DNA from: Sphagnum compactum | Lineage: Eukaryota | Assembly (NCBI GenBank): GCA_965153455.1 | Contig: OZ234493.1 | Span: 9,414,213 to 9,478,212 of the forward strand | DNA length: 64,000 bases | Direction: 5' to 3' | Translations under genes and position numbers: made by a program | Shown: positions 12,790-27,658 of the stretch, one piece after another | Numbering within the stretch: the stretch's first letter is position 1 | How the letters are laid out: each line of letters opens with the position of its first letter | The notes under the pieces: generated by a model | Seen by the model: the letters and a program-made list of their open reading frames with translations, nothing else | Database searches by the model: none | Told to the model about the DNA's origin: nothing

Positions 12790-13208
12790 AAAGGTTTACA
12801 TAATACGTAGAAAGATTCCTTTGGTAAAATGAAAATAACAAAAGGTTCACTCAAAATTATTTACATTCTAAAACTATATCATGTGGTATCAATGTCCATC
12901 AATTTTCTCTCTTAGCACAAGGGCAATTGTAAATGCATGTGGATGAAAAGCTTTACATAAAACCCACAAAATCCTTTGATAAAATGGAAAAAAAAAAAAA
13001 AGTTGACTCAAATTAGCTTACTTTCAAATAATGATATCATGTTGTACCAATATCCACCAATTTTCTTCCTTACCACAAGGGTCATTGTAAGTACACATGG
13101 ATGAAAAGGTTACATGATACATAAAATTCATTTTATAAGATGAAGAAAACATAAAGGTCCACCAAAAAATAACTACAAGGACAATGATTTTTATGTGGTA
13201 CAAATGCC
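12790..13208. repeat. Diverged tandem repeat, ~157-bp unit x2.6
   Basis: AAAAG(G/C)TTTACAT...AAAATG...ATATCATGT(G/T)GTA(T/C)CAAT...CAATTTTCT...CACAAGGG...ATTGTAA...TGGATG recurs at about 12790, 12947 and 13104. Confidence 0.7.
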
Positions 13209-13646
13209 TTTACAACCTAAAGTTGACTTGTATTTCACACAATGCACATTGGTACCCATTTAACATAGTACATTTGGTATTTGTCTTCACAATGCACATT
13301 GAGGATGACACTAGATCTTAGGGCCATCGAACAATCCATTAAATAACACAAGATACAATGTCATTGCTAATGAATGCAACTTAAGCTTGGAAACCAATGG
13401 GTGGATTGATTTAATGCCTAAAGGCTACAAGCAATTGTGAGGTCAAGAAGGTCAAAACAAACAATTTCACAATTCATGTCATCAATATGTGCTCTAGGTT
13501 AGATGCACAAAACAACTATTAGATGGTGAACTAAAGTTCATGTTCAATATTTATTTAATGCCAAAGTTTCACATCAATCAATCAAAGTGCAAAGGAAATT
13601 CAAACATGTTTAGAACATTTTTAATGCATTCGTCGATGGTTATTTA

Positions 13647-14082
13647 TCTATGAAAGGAAGGTAGTTTGTTTTGTTTTGTATTGTAGTTATGAGATCCACT
13701 AAACCGGGATGCTTCAGATTTCTGGGTGTCTTTGGAAAGCTCTCGACTAAAGGGTGCATGGGCTTGGTTCCATGATGTTTGGACTTGCAGTGCAAAAGTT
13801 CTTGAATATTGAACGATTTCTTCACTATAAATTAAAGTAAATCATAGCTAAGAATTTCAGAGGAATTGGAATGTGTCTTTGGTGTGGTTGGAAAGAACTT
13901 GATGAGAAAGACTTAATGGAATTTGTTTGGTAAGATTTGGATTCAAGATGTGAGAGATATTGATTATTTCTAAGTGATTTTTGCCACTGAAAATTCGAAT
14001 AAATTCCAAAAAACCATGTTTTGGAAGGAAAAATCAGTTGAGGACGTGGTAACACTTGGGCGAACAGCACAGGCCACACTAG
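13647..14082 (+). mobile_element. Non-autonomous Helitron
   Basis: Begins A|TCTATG and ends ...GGCCACACTAG|T (5'-TC, 3'-CTAG, inserted between A and T). A related inverted copy lies at 51278-51786. Confidence 0.7.
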
Positions 14083-14452
14083 TCTTTATAAATTGTGACA
14101 TTGAACTACCCAAGATATATGTATATGATCATCAGCAAATAATTTTTGCAACAATAAATAGGTGCCTTTTGAACTTTCAATACAATAGTTTAGAACAAAT
14201 TTGAACTAAAGTTTTGCATAGATTGAAGAAATTCAGTGAGCCTGTAATAGAAAATGAAACAAAGAAGGTTGAAAGCATACATATTCTACTTGAGGTCATT
14301 ATAACATAATTTGAAAAAATAAAGCAAAACAATGAAGGGAGGATAAAGTAAAATTAAACATGCCAAAACTTATTCCATGTGCCCAAATGATTGATATGGA
14401 TATGGATTACATGTAAAATTTGACTTGAAAGTTGATACATGCATTGAACAAT

Positions 14453-14606
14453 CACTGCTACAAAATGTGGGTGCAATTCCTTATTCCATATTAAGGGGAT
14501 TGGTGAATTCATTACATCCCCATGAGGTGTTGTTCATTAGGACCAATGAATTCACTCAAAATCTAATGAAATCACTCAACGTTTAGGCACACACTTTGTT
14601 GTAGTG
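14453..14606. mobile_element. CACTA-like MITE
   Basis: CACTGCTACAAAATGTG... and ...CACACTTTGTTGTAGTG form imperfect TIRs. The 3-bp flanks are AAT/AAC. Confidence 0.5.
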
Positions 14607-17600
14607 AACTTTAAACTCACATTTGAAAAGGTTTACACTAGACATATGATATTATACAATGGACAACCTCCTTATTGGATAACAAAATCCTCATAACGTT
14701 TTGGTTCAAATAAGTCGTCACCCATTTATGTTAGTGCCAAAGTTCTCTAATTGGACATGCCTAAAGGCACAAGTTATTTAAAAAATAAATACTTCATGCC
14801 ATAAAAGACTTTGGGAACTATCAAATATGGCATATCAAACATCAACCAAATTTGGTTGATGTTACTTTTAGAAGTAGGCCTAGAATCCCAACTCCCATGC
14901 CCGAGTTAGGTCCATGCATGTGCAACCCAAACCCATTTAGATTGGTAGGAAGTTTGAAGGATGGGAGGTACCTTTGCAATTTTTGGGCATACCTATGCAC
15001 ATCCCAACATTAACCCAATGACTATATTTTAATTTAATACAAATAACTACACATGCATTTAGGATGCAATGTTCACATTTATTATTTAAACAACATTGGA
15101 TTTTATATGAAGGCTATAGCTTATGGGCCAAATTTGCTAAGCAATAATATTATTAAATTACAACTCAATGCCTGCCCACATAATGACAATGGTTCCTTAC
15201 TTCAAATGAAGTCAATTGTGTAGTTACAAGTCAATCTTAGTTAGAAGTCCATCACAAACTTCATGGGTCACAATTTTGCAATAATAGTCGTGTGAAATTT
15301 GCTTTTCATTGGTTCATATGGAATACACATGAACATCAATGTCATGTGCATTATTTAGACACAAATGTCATATGCATGTTTGTATTGTGTAAACATGAAT
15401 GTTGTGTGTCTATTCATATTATTTACACACAAAAGTAGGGCACATGACTTTCGTGTTTAAATAATGCATGACATTCTTGTGTAAACAATACAAACCCATG
15501 AAATAACAAAATTTGCAAGGATTTGGAACAAACCCATGAAGCTTATAAATTTGTGATGTCACTTATTGTTAGTTACAAAATATTATTAAATTACGTAAAA
15601 ATATATAATTAAACAATGTTTTGCTCAATTGAATAAAAATGCAATGGCATTCTAACTTTTCATGCATGTATATATATGACATATGCCAATGTTAATAATA
15701 CATCTTTTACAAACATTGTTATGAATGTGTTAAGTTTGTTTCAAAACTACTTTACTACGATTTTTTATTTTTTATTCTTTATGTTTTTTAAAGGATGTCA
15801 TTTTCAAGGAACCAACAATAAAAACTAATGACCCAAAAACTATAGGTATTGGTCATCAAACCAAAGACAAATGATCTATTGTAAATACAATATCAATTGG
15901 TATTAAAAAACTAAAAGTAGAGTCTATTAGGTGACAAGGTAGTAAGTCTACTTGATCTAGGTATTTTTATTATAGGTTACTTCTATAGGATAATAGGTAT
16001 TGGTCAAAAAAACAAAAGCAAATAATTTATTGTAAATAGAATACCAATTGGTATGCCAAAAAAAAAAAACTAAAAACTAAAAACGAAATTTATTGGATAG
16101 GGTAGTAATTATATTCTGTCTAAGTATTTATATCATATGAAATTTCTATGGGATAATAGGTATTTATATAAGGTAAAGTAAATGAATAACATTCCAATTT
16201 CATTCATAATAATACCTTATGGGGATGGACTAACAATCCAAACTAAAAACAAAGCCATTACAACTTTACTTTCATCATATAATAGGTAACATGGTAGGGG
16301 ATTCTATCACTTGCAATTGTTAATTGTAATGTATATTATCACTTGACAACAACATAATACAAGAAAAAAAGATTTTTTTTCACATGAAGATTAGGCCCAA
16401 TCACCATAGATAATAGCTTTTGAATGAGTGAACAACTATGCATCCACTATCACTACACAAACACCCAAAAAAAAAATTGAAATGCCCTTTTATATGCAAT
16501 ATAAAGAAGACACTTTATGATCATCAATAGGTTTTTCAACCTTGGTATTTTAATGTAAATTTAAAGTCAAATTTGGCTAAAAGGAGCCATTTTAAGATCT
16601 ACTCGTTGTTTAATTTCCATTGTGATAAATGGTTACTTAAGTTGTTGTTGAGTTTTTTAATTTAACTTGTACAACAATATTCCTAATGTATCACCGGAAC
16701 ATTTGACAAAATGAATCTAATTGATGAGTATGGTGTATTTAAGACATTTTAAAGATAGTGGAGCCTATTTTTTTGGTTGTTTGAATTAAGACTCTTTAGA
16801 AGATTTCAAATGATGCAAAAATGACACTTTTATATACAATATAATATCATGCAACATCTTTTTGGGTCATAATTTATTTTAATTTAAAAGTTAATTTTGA
16901 AAATCATGATTTAAAACATATTCTACATAATAGTTTACTTTTAAGGATGTACTCCTTGGTGCAAGTGACTCATATTAGCCAAATTGCACCTTTCATTCAT
17001 TTTGAACAACATGGCTTTTTAAAAATGAGTCTAATCATACTCTATACAATACATTTCTATGTCTCCAAACTTTGTGATATTACTTTCAAGATAAGGATGA
17101 GATTAATCAACAATCTATGTATAGATATTAGCTTAGGCTTGAGATTTAAACAAACATAACTCGACCATAAAGGTTACTTTTTAAGTTTTACGACTATTTA
17201 GTTTGGTGGAACATGTCAAGCATCTATTATAGAACATTAGTTTTTTATAATATTTTTTTTATTGGAACCCAATTCAATGTGAACATGATTCCAATTTTTC
17301 CATGTTTGATGGCATTTATATTCAAGGAATGTTTTTGAAATTTCATATTTCATATTTTAAGGTTCTAAAACACATGGGAGTAATAAAAGCATGGTTGACA
17401 TTGTTCCTTTTTATTTTCATTGTGTGTGGCTTCATTGATTAAGATTCTTGCAATTTTTGCAAGTGATTTAAATTTATGCAAAAGATGTGATATAATTCAT
17501 CGTGATATTTTAGATTTTTGTGTATGCATTGGAAAAGAAACTACGATAGGGAGTGGAAGTTAAAACATGGATAGGAAGTGTGGTAGGATGCTTTCTTGGT

Positions 17601-20600
17601 TTGTTTCTTGAACTAAATAGGTTTCAAAGACAAATTTGATGATTTTGAAACGGTTTAAAATGAATCACCATTTTGGGGGTTGAACTTCAATTTAGGCTTG
17701 ACCCTAGGTGTTGAACATGTTGGAGTGGTGAAGTTCAACACAATGAAAAGGTTTGTAAGAATGTAATATTGTTTGCGATGGGTGGCAATCGATGTTGGTC
17801 ATGTATCAATTATTTTCAATAGTTGGTTAAATATGGTTTTTGAAAAATAAAAATGTCACACAAGGTCTTAAAAAACAAAAACTTTAAAAACTTAATAGCC
17901 TTGCCTAGTATCAATTTCATCTTTAAACAATACCCGTTATTATTAATTGCCCTAGGTATTTTTTTTACAGTACATTAATATTATGCATAAGGGTTGGTAG
18001 TAGGTATTTGGAATACCATAATTTATTTCTTATTTTTCACTTAATGAATAGCCTTGATATTATCCATTAGTTTCTCTTCGTCTTTTCATGATATTGTTTT
18101 TTTTAATTACACAATTGTGATCTTGAATTGCAATTTAAAGTCCTTGCCACAAGTGTCATTAGCAATAATTTTGAATTTGATTGACATATGCTACTACAAA
18201 AATGGGGTTTAGTTTGGCCACCCAATTCACTATGAGACCTTAAAAATGAACTATGTCATCGATTCATTGTGCCATTTTACCTTAAAATGAACTAGGCCAC
18301 CATACCCTTGCACCATTTCACCTTGGGTGAACCTTAAATCATTCATGTCCACATCTATATAGTAGAAGCAATTCACTAAAGTAAATCATGAAGGTCAATT
18401 TTTTTAGTATTCAAATAATTATTCTAATTCAAAATAAAGCTCATAATTCATTTATATATTGCATTAAAATTATGTGTAATGATATTAAATGTATGTATGT
18501 TAAATATAATGTACATGTCTTTATGTATGTATGACATACATTGTTAATACCTTACATTTAATACTTGACATGTAATAACCAATATATACAAAACATTATA
18601 ACTAAATTATAAGAAAATATTGCTTGTTGAGAGATTTAATTAGTTGTTTTATAATGTAACATGAAATATTAATGCCAATTATAATATTTATTAAGATAAT
18701 ATATTGTAAAATATTTTATTTATGTTTACCATAAATTATTTTGCATAAAAAAATGTTGCAACTTGCCAAATCATTTTTTTCATGAAGAAATATTTGTGAG
18801 TTTATGTGTTTTCCTTTAAATGGTTTGGAATTCTGTATGTTTCGTTATTATATATGTGTAGACCAAGGTTTAAACCCTTGCTAACAACAACCACACATGG
18901 ACAATATGTTGATCATATATAGATGGTGTGTTTATTATATATGGACCATAATGTTGATCATATATTGACCATATATTGACAAACTTATTAACAATATATA
19001 ATATTATAAAAATATGGTGAATTCACTTGATGAATTTAGTGAATGAATTCACTGTGTCCATAACAACCATTCCTTAATTGCTAGGGGACATAATGAATTC
19101 ACTAAATTTGTAGTGTAATGAAATTGTCCCAGTTTCATCCAAAACCTAGTGAAATTCCTAGTGAACTTGGGCATACCCCTTACTAATGATAACCTTTATT
19201 GTCTAAACATGATTATTTAGACACCATAAACAAACAATTGAAAGCAAAAACTTTTGACATGCACTTTTGTCCTTAAAAGAATTAGACACAATGAGTTCAT
19301 GTTCATGAATTAAATAACATTGAACTAAAATCATGTTTTAATTCCATATCTCACAAATGTTTAATAAATTTATACAATAATGTTTCTAATGTGTCAATGT
19401 AACATTTGGATAATTTTGACAATAATCCAATGAATGTAGAATATGAGCAAACACACTATAAAAAAAATTTAAACATTATTTGGCCAATCCTAACCAACTA
19501 TCATGTCAATGTATCAATACTACCTAAAGATTTTTTAACAATGTGATTCTTAATGGCTTCTTAATCCATGAATGTACATATAGAGTCAGAATTATTGTGA
19601 AAGATGGGGTTTAAGGTAAACATATATAATCAATTTAGTTGAAACACATGTTTTCACATCCAAATATAGGTAAAATATCAGTTTTTCCCATTTAATGATA
19701 TTGGACCAATTGGGTATTAGTGTGTATTCACAAAATTAATACCATGTAAGTAGGGTCTATAGTTTATTCTTAGTGAAGTTGATGCCCAATTGGTTAGTTT
19801 TCAATACCTTATCCAAACATGTGACCAAATATTTGAATCACTTTTCAATATGAAGTGAACAATGATAGCATTGGTATAATGGTGCCAGAAATACGCGATA
19901 ACAATTGTCACATGGTGAAGGCTTGAATATGTAATAAGTGACAACAACAAAAGTAATGAACTCCAAACTATGTAGTTATGTTTGATTCTTGACGAGTTGT
20001 TCATATTGGACATTCATAGCAAGCTTTTGTTGAATGTGATCACTTACAAGCAAGTTGCATAATCACAAGAATCTTGCACAAAAGTTGATGCATAGTTGCA
20101 CCAAACCTTGTTGTGTCATCATGAGAGGCGGCACATTGGTCGTGACAAACATTGTCATTTGATGCTTGAACTTTGGAACATGGACAACATTGGTGCACAC
20201 TTTTGGAGCATGAACAACAATGCATGCCATCACCTTTCAACACAAGTTGTTGAGTGTAACCCACCAAAACCATTTGGCATAAGTTATTCAACATAATTAT
20301 GACAAAGCTTCACATAATCTAAAATAGGTTCACGTTGAAGGAACCCAATGTCCAAACTAGACCTCCTATTTCATGATTTATTTATTTTTTCATTTTCATT
20401 TTATGTTTCATATTCTCCAATATCTTTGTAAGTACAAATTGATATACCAATCAAATAGTAGGAGTGGAGACATCTTTTTCTTTAGATGTTTATCCTACAT
20501 CCAATCCTTTATTTATAGGTTGGTCAAGACTTAGCCATCCCTAAAAATGTTCATGGATCCCATGTCATTAGAGAACTCTACATCTAAATTCCCAAAAGTG

Positions 20601-20759
20601 CCAAAAGAATTCACACTAGTTTGACATGATACCTTTTTGGCAATCATTTCCCAAAATGCAAAGGTATGAAACAACATGCCAACTAGGTACTACTTTCAAA
20701 TCTATTTTTTCATGCCAACATATGTATCAAAAAATTCAATTCATTCTAAAACATGGGAT

Positions 20760-21140
20760 TTTATTCAACCCATTTACATCCTCAAGTTAATTAATATTCT
20801 CAAGATGTTTTGTCAAAATGACATTGTTGAAAAGTGAAAGCCCATCTTGCAAACTTCCCCATGAATTGATTGGACTCCATGAGCCACTTCAATGGTTGGT
20901 TTTATCATCAAAATAAATGTGCAACCAAACAAATGACATCAAAATGTATGTAGCCATTGCCCTTAAACTACCAATCATTCTCACTCATATGAACTATGTT
21001 TGGCTTATGCTTGGTTTTGGATCAACTCATGACATGAGCCATCACAAACTATCAATTCTAGTTCTCATTGAACTATGTAAGGATTGCCCCAAGTCCCAAC
21101 ACATTCCAATTCCTTGTGCAATTGGAAAGGACAACCCTTA
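20760..21140 (-). pseudogene. Ty3/Gypsy pol RNase H remnant
   Basis: The minus strand reads QPLKWLMESNQFMGKFARWAFTFQQCHF, matching the Gypsy TDHQPLKWL...GKLARWAL.LQEYDF motif. Boundaries are approximate. Confidence 0.7.
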
Positions 21141-21354
21141 ATAGATTTCCCTAAAATGCATTATGTGCATGTTTTATGTGTGTGACTTTGTTAAGTTTGA
21201 TGATGTTCAACGCTTATTTAGTAACGCACAACAAGGAACTGCTTACAACTTATATTTACACTTCCACTATTTAAATAGAATATTATTGAATAGCCATAAT
21301 GTTGTTAGTAATATCACTTGGATTAAGGTGTTGTTAAATTTGAAAACTAGAAGT

Positions 21355-21435
21355 GAGGGTCTCACATTATTGTTTTGCGACAATCAAAGCACATTAAAAT
21401 TAGTCAAAAACCTTGTGCTACATGACCAATCACAT
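21355..21435 (+). pseudogene. Ty1/Copia RNase H fragment
   Basis: GLTLLFCDNQSTLKLVKNLVLHDQSH matches the Copia CDNQSAI.LA.NPVFH.RTKH motif. Confidence 0.7.
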
Positions 21436-24400
21436 GTTCCCTTACATAATCCTTTCACATTCAAAAAACAAAAGTAATGATATGACACAACAATGCAACT
21501 CCTTTCCATATTCAATATTGAACCCAAAGGAATCAAAGTAGCAATGGCATTTCACACTTAAAGTGGTGGGCCTTAAAGATAAACCCTAAACCTTAATAAA
21601 ATCCCTAATGATTATATGGGAGGCATGAACCTAAGTTGTTGGTTGATAACTCAAATGTGCTTGATGGCAAGTTGGAATGACAAATATTCCTATTTCAAAA
21701 ATCTCTTGGAAGTTTGTGAAGCAAGGGTGAGCACCATGATATTTTATTTTGGAATATGTATTATGGATTTTTATTAAAAATCTCGTGTCTAATTTTTATA
21801 TGCATATATATTTAATTTAATAACTAATGGGGGTTTGGTGCAGTCAATTATAAACAAGTTCAAACGAGTGTCAAGCAAGCATGTTATTTATGGTTTACCA
21901 ATATGGTAATACTATAGAAATATCCAAATATTCTTAATTCTAAAGTAGTACAGGTATTAAACAAATTGTCAACTTTAAACATTGTTACATATGAGTATAA
22001 TGATAAGAATAAAATAGTGAGGATTTAGGAAACCAATACCAACAAGTACTAAACATTAATATATTTGTATTATGTGAAAACCCCCAATTAAACCTTTTTT
22101 TTTTTCCATTTTGACCTCCAAATCAACTACAACAAATGTTTTTTCAAAATAAATATCATTGGTGATGTTGATATCAATTGCACATTTCATGATTTATGAG
22201 GTCATGATCCAAAACACATTTTTGTATGCTTTCTAGCAAAAATATTTTGGGAATTTATTAGAGAATACATATGACCATTATAATTGAAGATTTATAAACT
22301 TTTACCCTCCCACTATGAACCCACACCTCTAGCTCGTATTAGTTTTGCAACACCCAATAACAAGTAATGAGTATTATATGTAGTCTAAACCACATCTTAA
22401 TATCAATTGGTCTTGTGTATAATATTTCCCCTTGAATTTTTATATTGATTTAATACAATTTTTGAGTATTCATTTTGATTATTCGAAATCAAATACCAAA
22501 TCATTTAGATCCTTAATACCATTACCTATATCTTGTTGTTAGTTTTTTGTTAAAAAAGGTCTAGATACCATATCATACCTTAATACCATATCAACCTGAT
22601 TTTCCCATGGATTTTTTCAAGGAATCAAGCAATTTGATTTGATTTTTTCTTTTCCAATTGGTAAATTGACAATTTGGGAATGGGCAACAAGGATATTGAA
22701 GCAACATTAAAGAGTTAGTTTCATCCATTTAGCATGTTCATTAAAAATTCAACTATATTATTTACTCATTTACACCACATTAAATTGTAGAATATTCACC
22801 CCACTCTCACTTCAAATGATATTTCTTTCATTTTTCACAGTTTTATGGGAAATGCTTAGGGAGATGATGACAAAATAAGGAATTCATAGGGTTTTGATGA
22901 GGAGTTTAAAGGAAGTTAAATTTAATAGTTATGTGGGTTTTTTATGAATGGCATATATATGTCCTTGCTAGGTCTATGAATCATGGTTTGTGATATGTTG
23001 GGAAAATGTATGGAGATTATTTGTGATGGTATATTGATATCACAACCAATCCCATAGGAGATTGTACTTCCATTTTTTTCTAGATGATGTGCAAAACAAT
23101 ATAGGGTGCAACTCAATGAAAATAAATCATATTTCACTTCAATGTAAATAAAGTGCCAAGAATTGGATTATGAGAATATAATCAAATATATATATTTCAA
23201 ACATTCCCAATTTTAATCAAATCTACATGTAATATCCTATTACTTCACAACATACAAAAAAATACCCTTTTATCTCACATGCTTCATCAAATATATAAAA
23301 GGTGATCCATTTGTAAATCATATCATGTTGTTGTCATGTTTAAGCATTTAAAAGGGATGGGGTTATGAGATCTCACAAAGATACTATAAAGGAAGATGCA
23401 TAATTTGAGTATTGTAGTTAAAAGTGAGTTCTTAATGTCCATATTAGGGTGGAAGTTTAGGTGGTGAAGAATTATGTACCTACATTTTATGAACATTAGG
23501 TTGGTTGCAACATTTACAAAACTAATTTTATATTCATGTGCCACATAGCCTAAAGGTGGTTGAGAAACCACCATAAGCACAAGAAAATGGAGTGATGGGT
23601 TGATTCAAGTTGCTTGCAAGTGAGGTAAGAGGTTTTTGGTTAAAATGAAATCATAAAGTAACTAGGTGAATGTTTGTGTTTTGATAATCACGAATGATAA
23701 GAACTAATCTTTTCATACATGCAAGAGTGTATCCCAAGGTTCATTTTCATGAACTAAGCTTTGTTGATTTTGTCATGTTATTGGCATCTTTGGCATTCTT
23801 GCAATGTACATGAATTCCAAGTTGATATTACATTTTTGCTTGGAATATGTGCAATAAGTTGTTAGTGGTAGGTTGAACTAGTCTTTTATTTTTTGTTACA
23901 ATATAATTTAATGACCCATAAAACATAAAGTAATATTATGTTCTTCGTTATTTGTTGGCTACCAAAGGTGTAACCCCACAAATAAGTAAAATCAAAGACT
24001 AAAAAACTAGGTTTGATCACCTTAATTGCAAACATGTAACCTAGATGTTAAAAGGTGGCCAAATTTAGGACATCCATATGAATATGATGTTAATCACCAT
24101 ATACTAACTTCCTAATATTGTTGTGAAAATAAAACAATGTAGTTCAGGTTGTACCAAAAATGCACCTTTGAATCAACTTGTGATGTAGACAAGCACATGG
24201 GTGTTTATTAGTGGTAGGGCAAAATCATTCTTTATGGATGTCACCATTGGTGCCAAGATTGTGGAAGTTGTCTCCATTATTTTTACTCCACAAGTTTATA
24301 GTGCTAGACAAAGATTGACAACTAATTTTCATCATCTATCCATTAAATGTTTTCACATGATATCTTGAATTTCTTATGATGTTATTACATGCATTTCACA

Positions 24401-25059
24401 TGTCTAGTGAGAAATCAAATATTTGTAATAGTGGGAGACATTTTTGACATTATCTTTCAAAGTTCTTAGGATGTACTACATACCTCTCGCATGTTTAATG
24501 AGTAATCATGTGTAGGTAATAATGGGAATGTGCAAAAAATGTGATTTGTTGGTTTGAGATGTTGTGTTAACTTACATATATAACCTTTATAAATATTTAT
24601 TGGTCTTTGGTTTTCTCAATGAACATCAATTTGGTCCCATTCATGTTTCAAAATATTCATTAGGTAATTTGCAACACCACAAAATTGTTGTAGTGAATTA
24701 ATTATTTTGGTCTTAATTGATCTAACCAAAAAGGACAACACATTTTTTGTTTTGGAACATTCGATCCATGAACTAGTTACTTGAGAAAGGCCAATGTGAA
24801 CCATCACCCACCAATGTCTTTATTGGTTGTTTTGCCCATGAAATGGGTTGTGTTTTTTCATCAAACTCTTCACCTTGTGTTAACTAGTTCATTATACCAC
24901 AATCAATCTTTTTTGGTTGCTAACCTTTGACCTTTTCTTTGACCATTTTCTTTTCCAACCCTAACCTCCATACTACCCTCCCACCCCACCTAGCTACCAT
25001 GTTGACCTAGTTACATTGTTGACTTACATCTTGGCCCCACCTACCTACCTTCTATATTT

Positions 25060-25530
25060 TTTAAACAAAATCTCTACCTCTTGACAAAAGCTTTATCTCT
25101 TCTTGGTTAAACCTTTTAACTATTGGCAAAACCTTTATTTCTTCATGTTTAAATTTCTACCTTTGAACAAAACCTTTATTTCTTCCTAGTTAGACGTTTA
25201 CTTTTTGGCAAAATATTTCTTAAATTAGCTAAACTTTTATTTTCAACAGATCTTTTATTTCTTGGGAAAACTTTTTTACTTATTGGTTAAACTTTTACTT
25301 CTCAAAAAAATCTTTATGCTTAATTAGACTTCTACTTTCAATAAATACCTATTTTCGTGGCAAAACTTCTTTACATATTGGTTAAACTTTTACTTATCAA
25401 CAAAACCTTTATGCTTCATGGCTAAACCTTTACTTCTTACCAAAACTTTTCTACTTCTTAATTAAACATTTATTTCTCCACAAAACTTCTCTACTTCCTA
25501 TCTAAACCTCCACCTTTTGATAAAACTTAC
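25060..25530. repeat. Degenerate short-period tandem repeat (AAAC(C/T)TTTA(C/T)TTCT, ~20-22 bp)
   Basis: Many recurrences of AAACTTTTACTT / AAACCTTTATTTCTT. Confidence 0.7.
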
Positions 25531-27658
25531 CTACCCACCCATCATCGTATCTACTTAACACTTTCATGATGTTGATTTGGATTGATGAAGTTATAATATA
25601 AAATGTAAGTATTGCAAAGAACCCATCAATAGTTATTCTAATCTTATTTGAACCACTTATGATGATAAATTATGAACCTCAAATGCAAGTATTGCAATCA
25701 TGGCAAAGTTTTCAATGTCAATTCTAAACATGCATTTACACACTTGATCATTTAATGGATGATGCAATTAATTTAACTTAACAATAGGTAGTTAATTTAA
25801 TGATGTAGCTAATTAATTAAAAAATATGCTTGATTATTTAAAGTTAAGGAGACAACAAACATTTATGAGTTTTTGCACATTTTTTATACTAACTAAAATC
25901 AATACTAGGGGAGATTTTGGGGGAAAATGTTCAAACACATATCTGGAACAAAATTCATTTTGTGTTTTGAAGGTGAATAAAAGGTTTAAAAATTGGAAAG
26001 ATTACACTAAAGGTAAAAGAATAACCTTTTGTTTCACTCATTTAATTAAGTTTTCATTTCATTAACTTTGAAATTTAGTTCATAATTCATTACTAAAAGA
26101 TTATTTGTTTGGCATTTGTACATGTTTGTATAGTTATTGCCCTTCACGTAATCTATTATTAAGATTGTTTAGGTTTATGTATGTTTTTGGGTTATTTTCT
26201 TTGAAATATAAGGCCAATTCTTCCATTCATTAGTTCCTTCCCATTTAATTAGTTTAAAAATGTAGGGCATAATTAGATGTTATAAATATTTTTTCTTTTG
26301 CATTCAAATATGTTTGTATAGTTGTTAAAGTTTATGGCATCTACCATTAGGGCCATTTACAATTTTTTGTATTTTTTTTTTGAGTTAATTAACTTAAAAA
26401 TATAGGGTTGATTCTTCCACTCATTATTTTTTTTCCCGTTTAATTTAATTTTTAAATTTAAAACATAATCAAATACTATATATATTTTTGCATTTAAATA
26501 TGTATGTATAATAATTAATAATATTCATAGCATTTACCATTAGAATTATTTAGAGTTTTGTGTATTTATTTTTTGGTTATTTTTCTTTAAATTCTATGGC
26601 TAATTTTTCCACTCATTATTTTAACATTTAATTAATTTTGAGATTCAAAAAAAAATTTAATGTTATAAATGTTTTTTTGGTATATTTTTGCATAATTATC
26701 AGGGTTGAAGGCATCTATAATTAGGGTTATTTAAGGTTTTGAATTTAGAGATTGAAACCAAGATGGATATTGCTTGTGAAACGTTTATGATCTACCCTAG
26801 GATGCACGTATCGTGTTTTTAAAATGGTTTTTTACAATACAATACTTGTACATGAAGATTTATGAAAATTGTTCAATTCTAGTTGATGACCCAATCTGAA
26901 AATGTAATACTTGCATCAAGTTTAAAACATCATGTTTAGAATGGTTTGGAGTTCCCAAGACCAGTTGTATTTGCTTTTGTGACCCATTGCAAGTATTATC
27001 CCAAAATAATGACTATGTCCTACGCACAATATACCCACATATGGTTGGTGATGAAAATGACCTAATTCTATTTCATGGTAGGTAGTTGAAAACATATTCC
27101 CAAAGTTCAATATTCACATCCTTTCAAATTGGTTTTCAAAAGGATAGTGAAACCCTAGAACCAAAATTTATTTTGTGACCCATAGGAGGTATTATAGATT
27201 TTTGTTAAAATGTCAAAGCATATTTTGTGACCCAAACCCATATGTGAGTAGTGCACATGATTCCAAGATCCTAATGTGTATTGAACTCCCAATGTGGGTA
27301 TTATTAATTTTCATTCATTTGAGTCTAGTTTTAGTGATGAACCCCCTTCATGAGCCAAAGGACAACTAAGTTTGGCTTTCTCTAGCATGAGGTTATGCAC
27401 CTTCTTAAGGTTCTAGGCGAGCAACCACTTCACAACATATGCAATGGAACACATGTTGATTTTGCACACCCACTTTGACCCCACCTTAGCCCAATATGAA
27501 TCCTTTCAAGTTATTTCAAGTGCTTGAGGGGCTTCATTTGTTCCTTCAATTTCCCACCCTAAACCAACAATCAAAATTGAAATGAAAAAAATGATTAATG
27601 TACATTTAATAATACTATCAATGTGGGTATTTTATAAACCCTAGACCTTAAAATCTAT

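Noticed and set aside
18860-18900. tRNA B-box-like GGTTTAAACCC
   Set aside because: No cloverleaf or A box could be built.
15800-24600. Possible further transposase remnants in AT-rich DNA
   Set aside because: Apart from the Gypsy/Copia scraps, it is too degraded to assign by eye.
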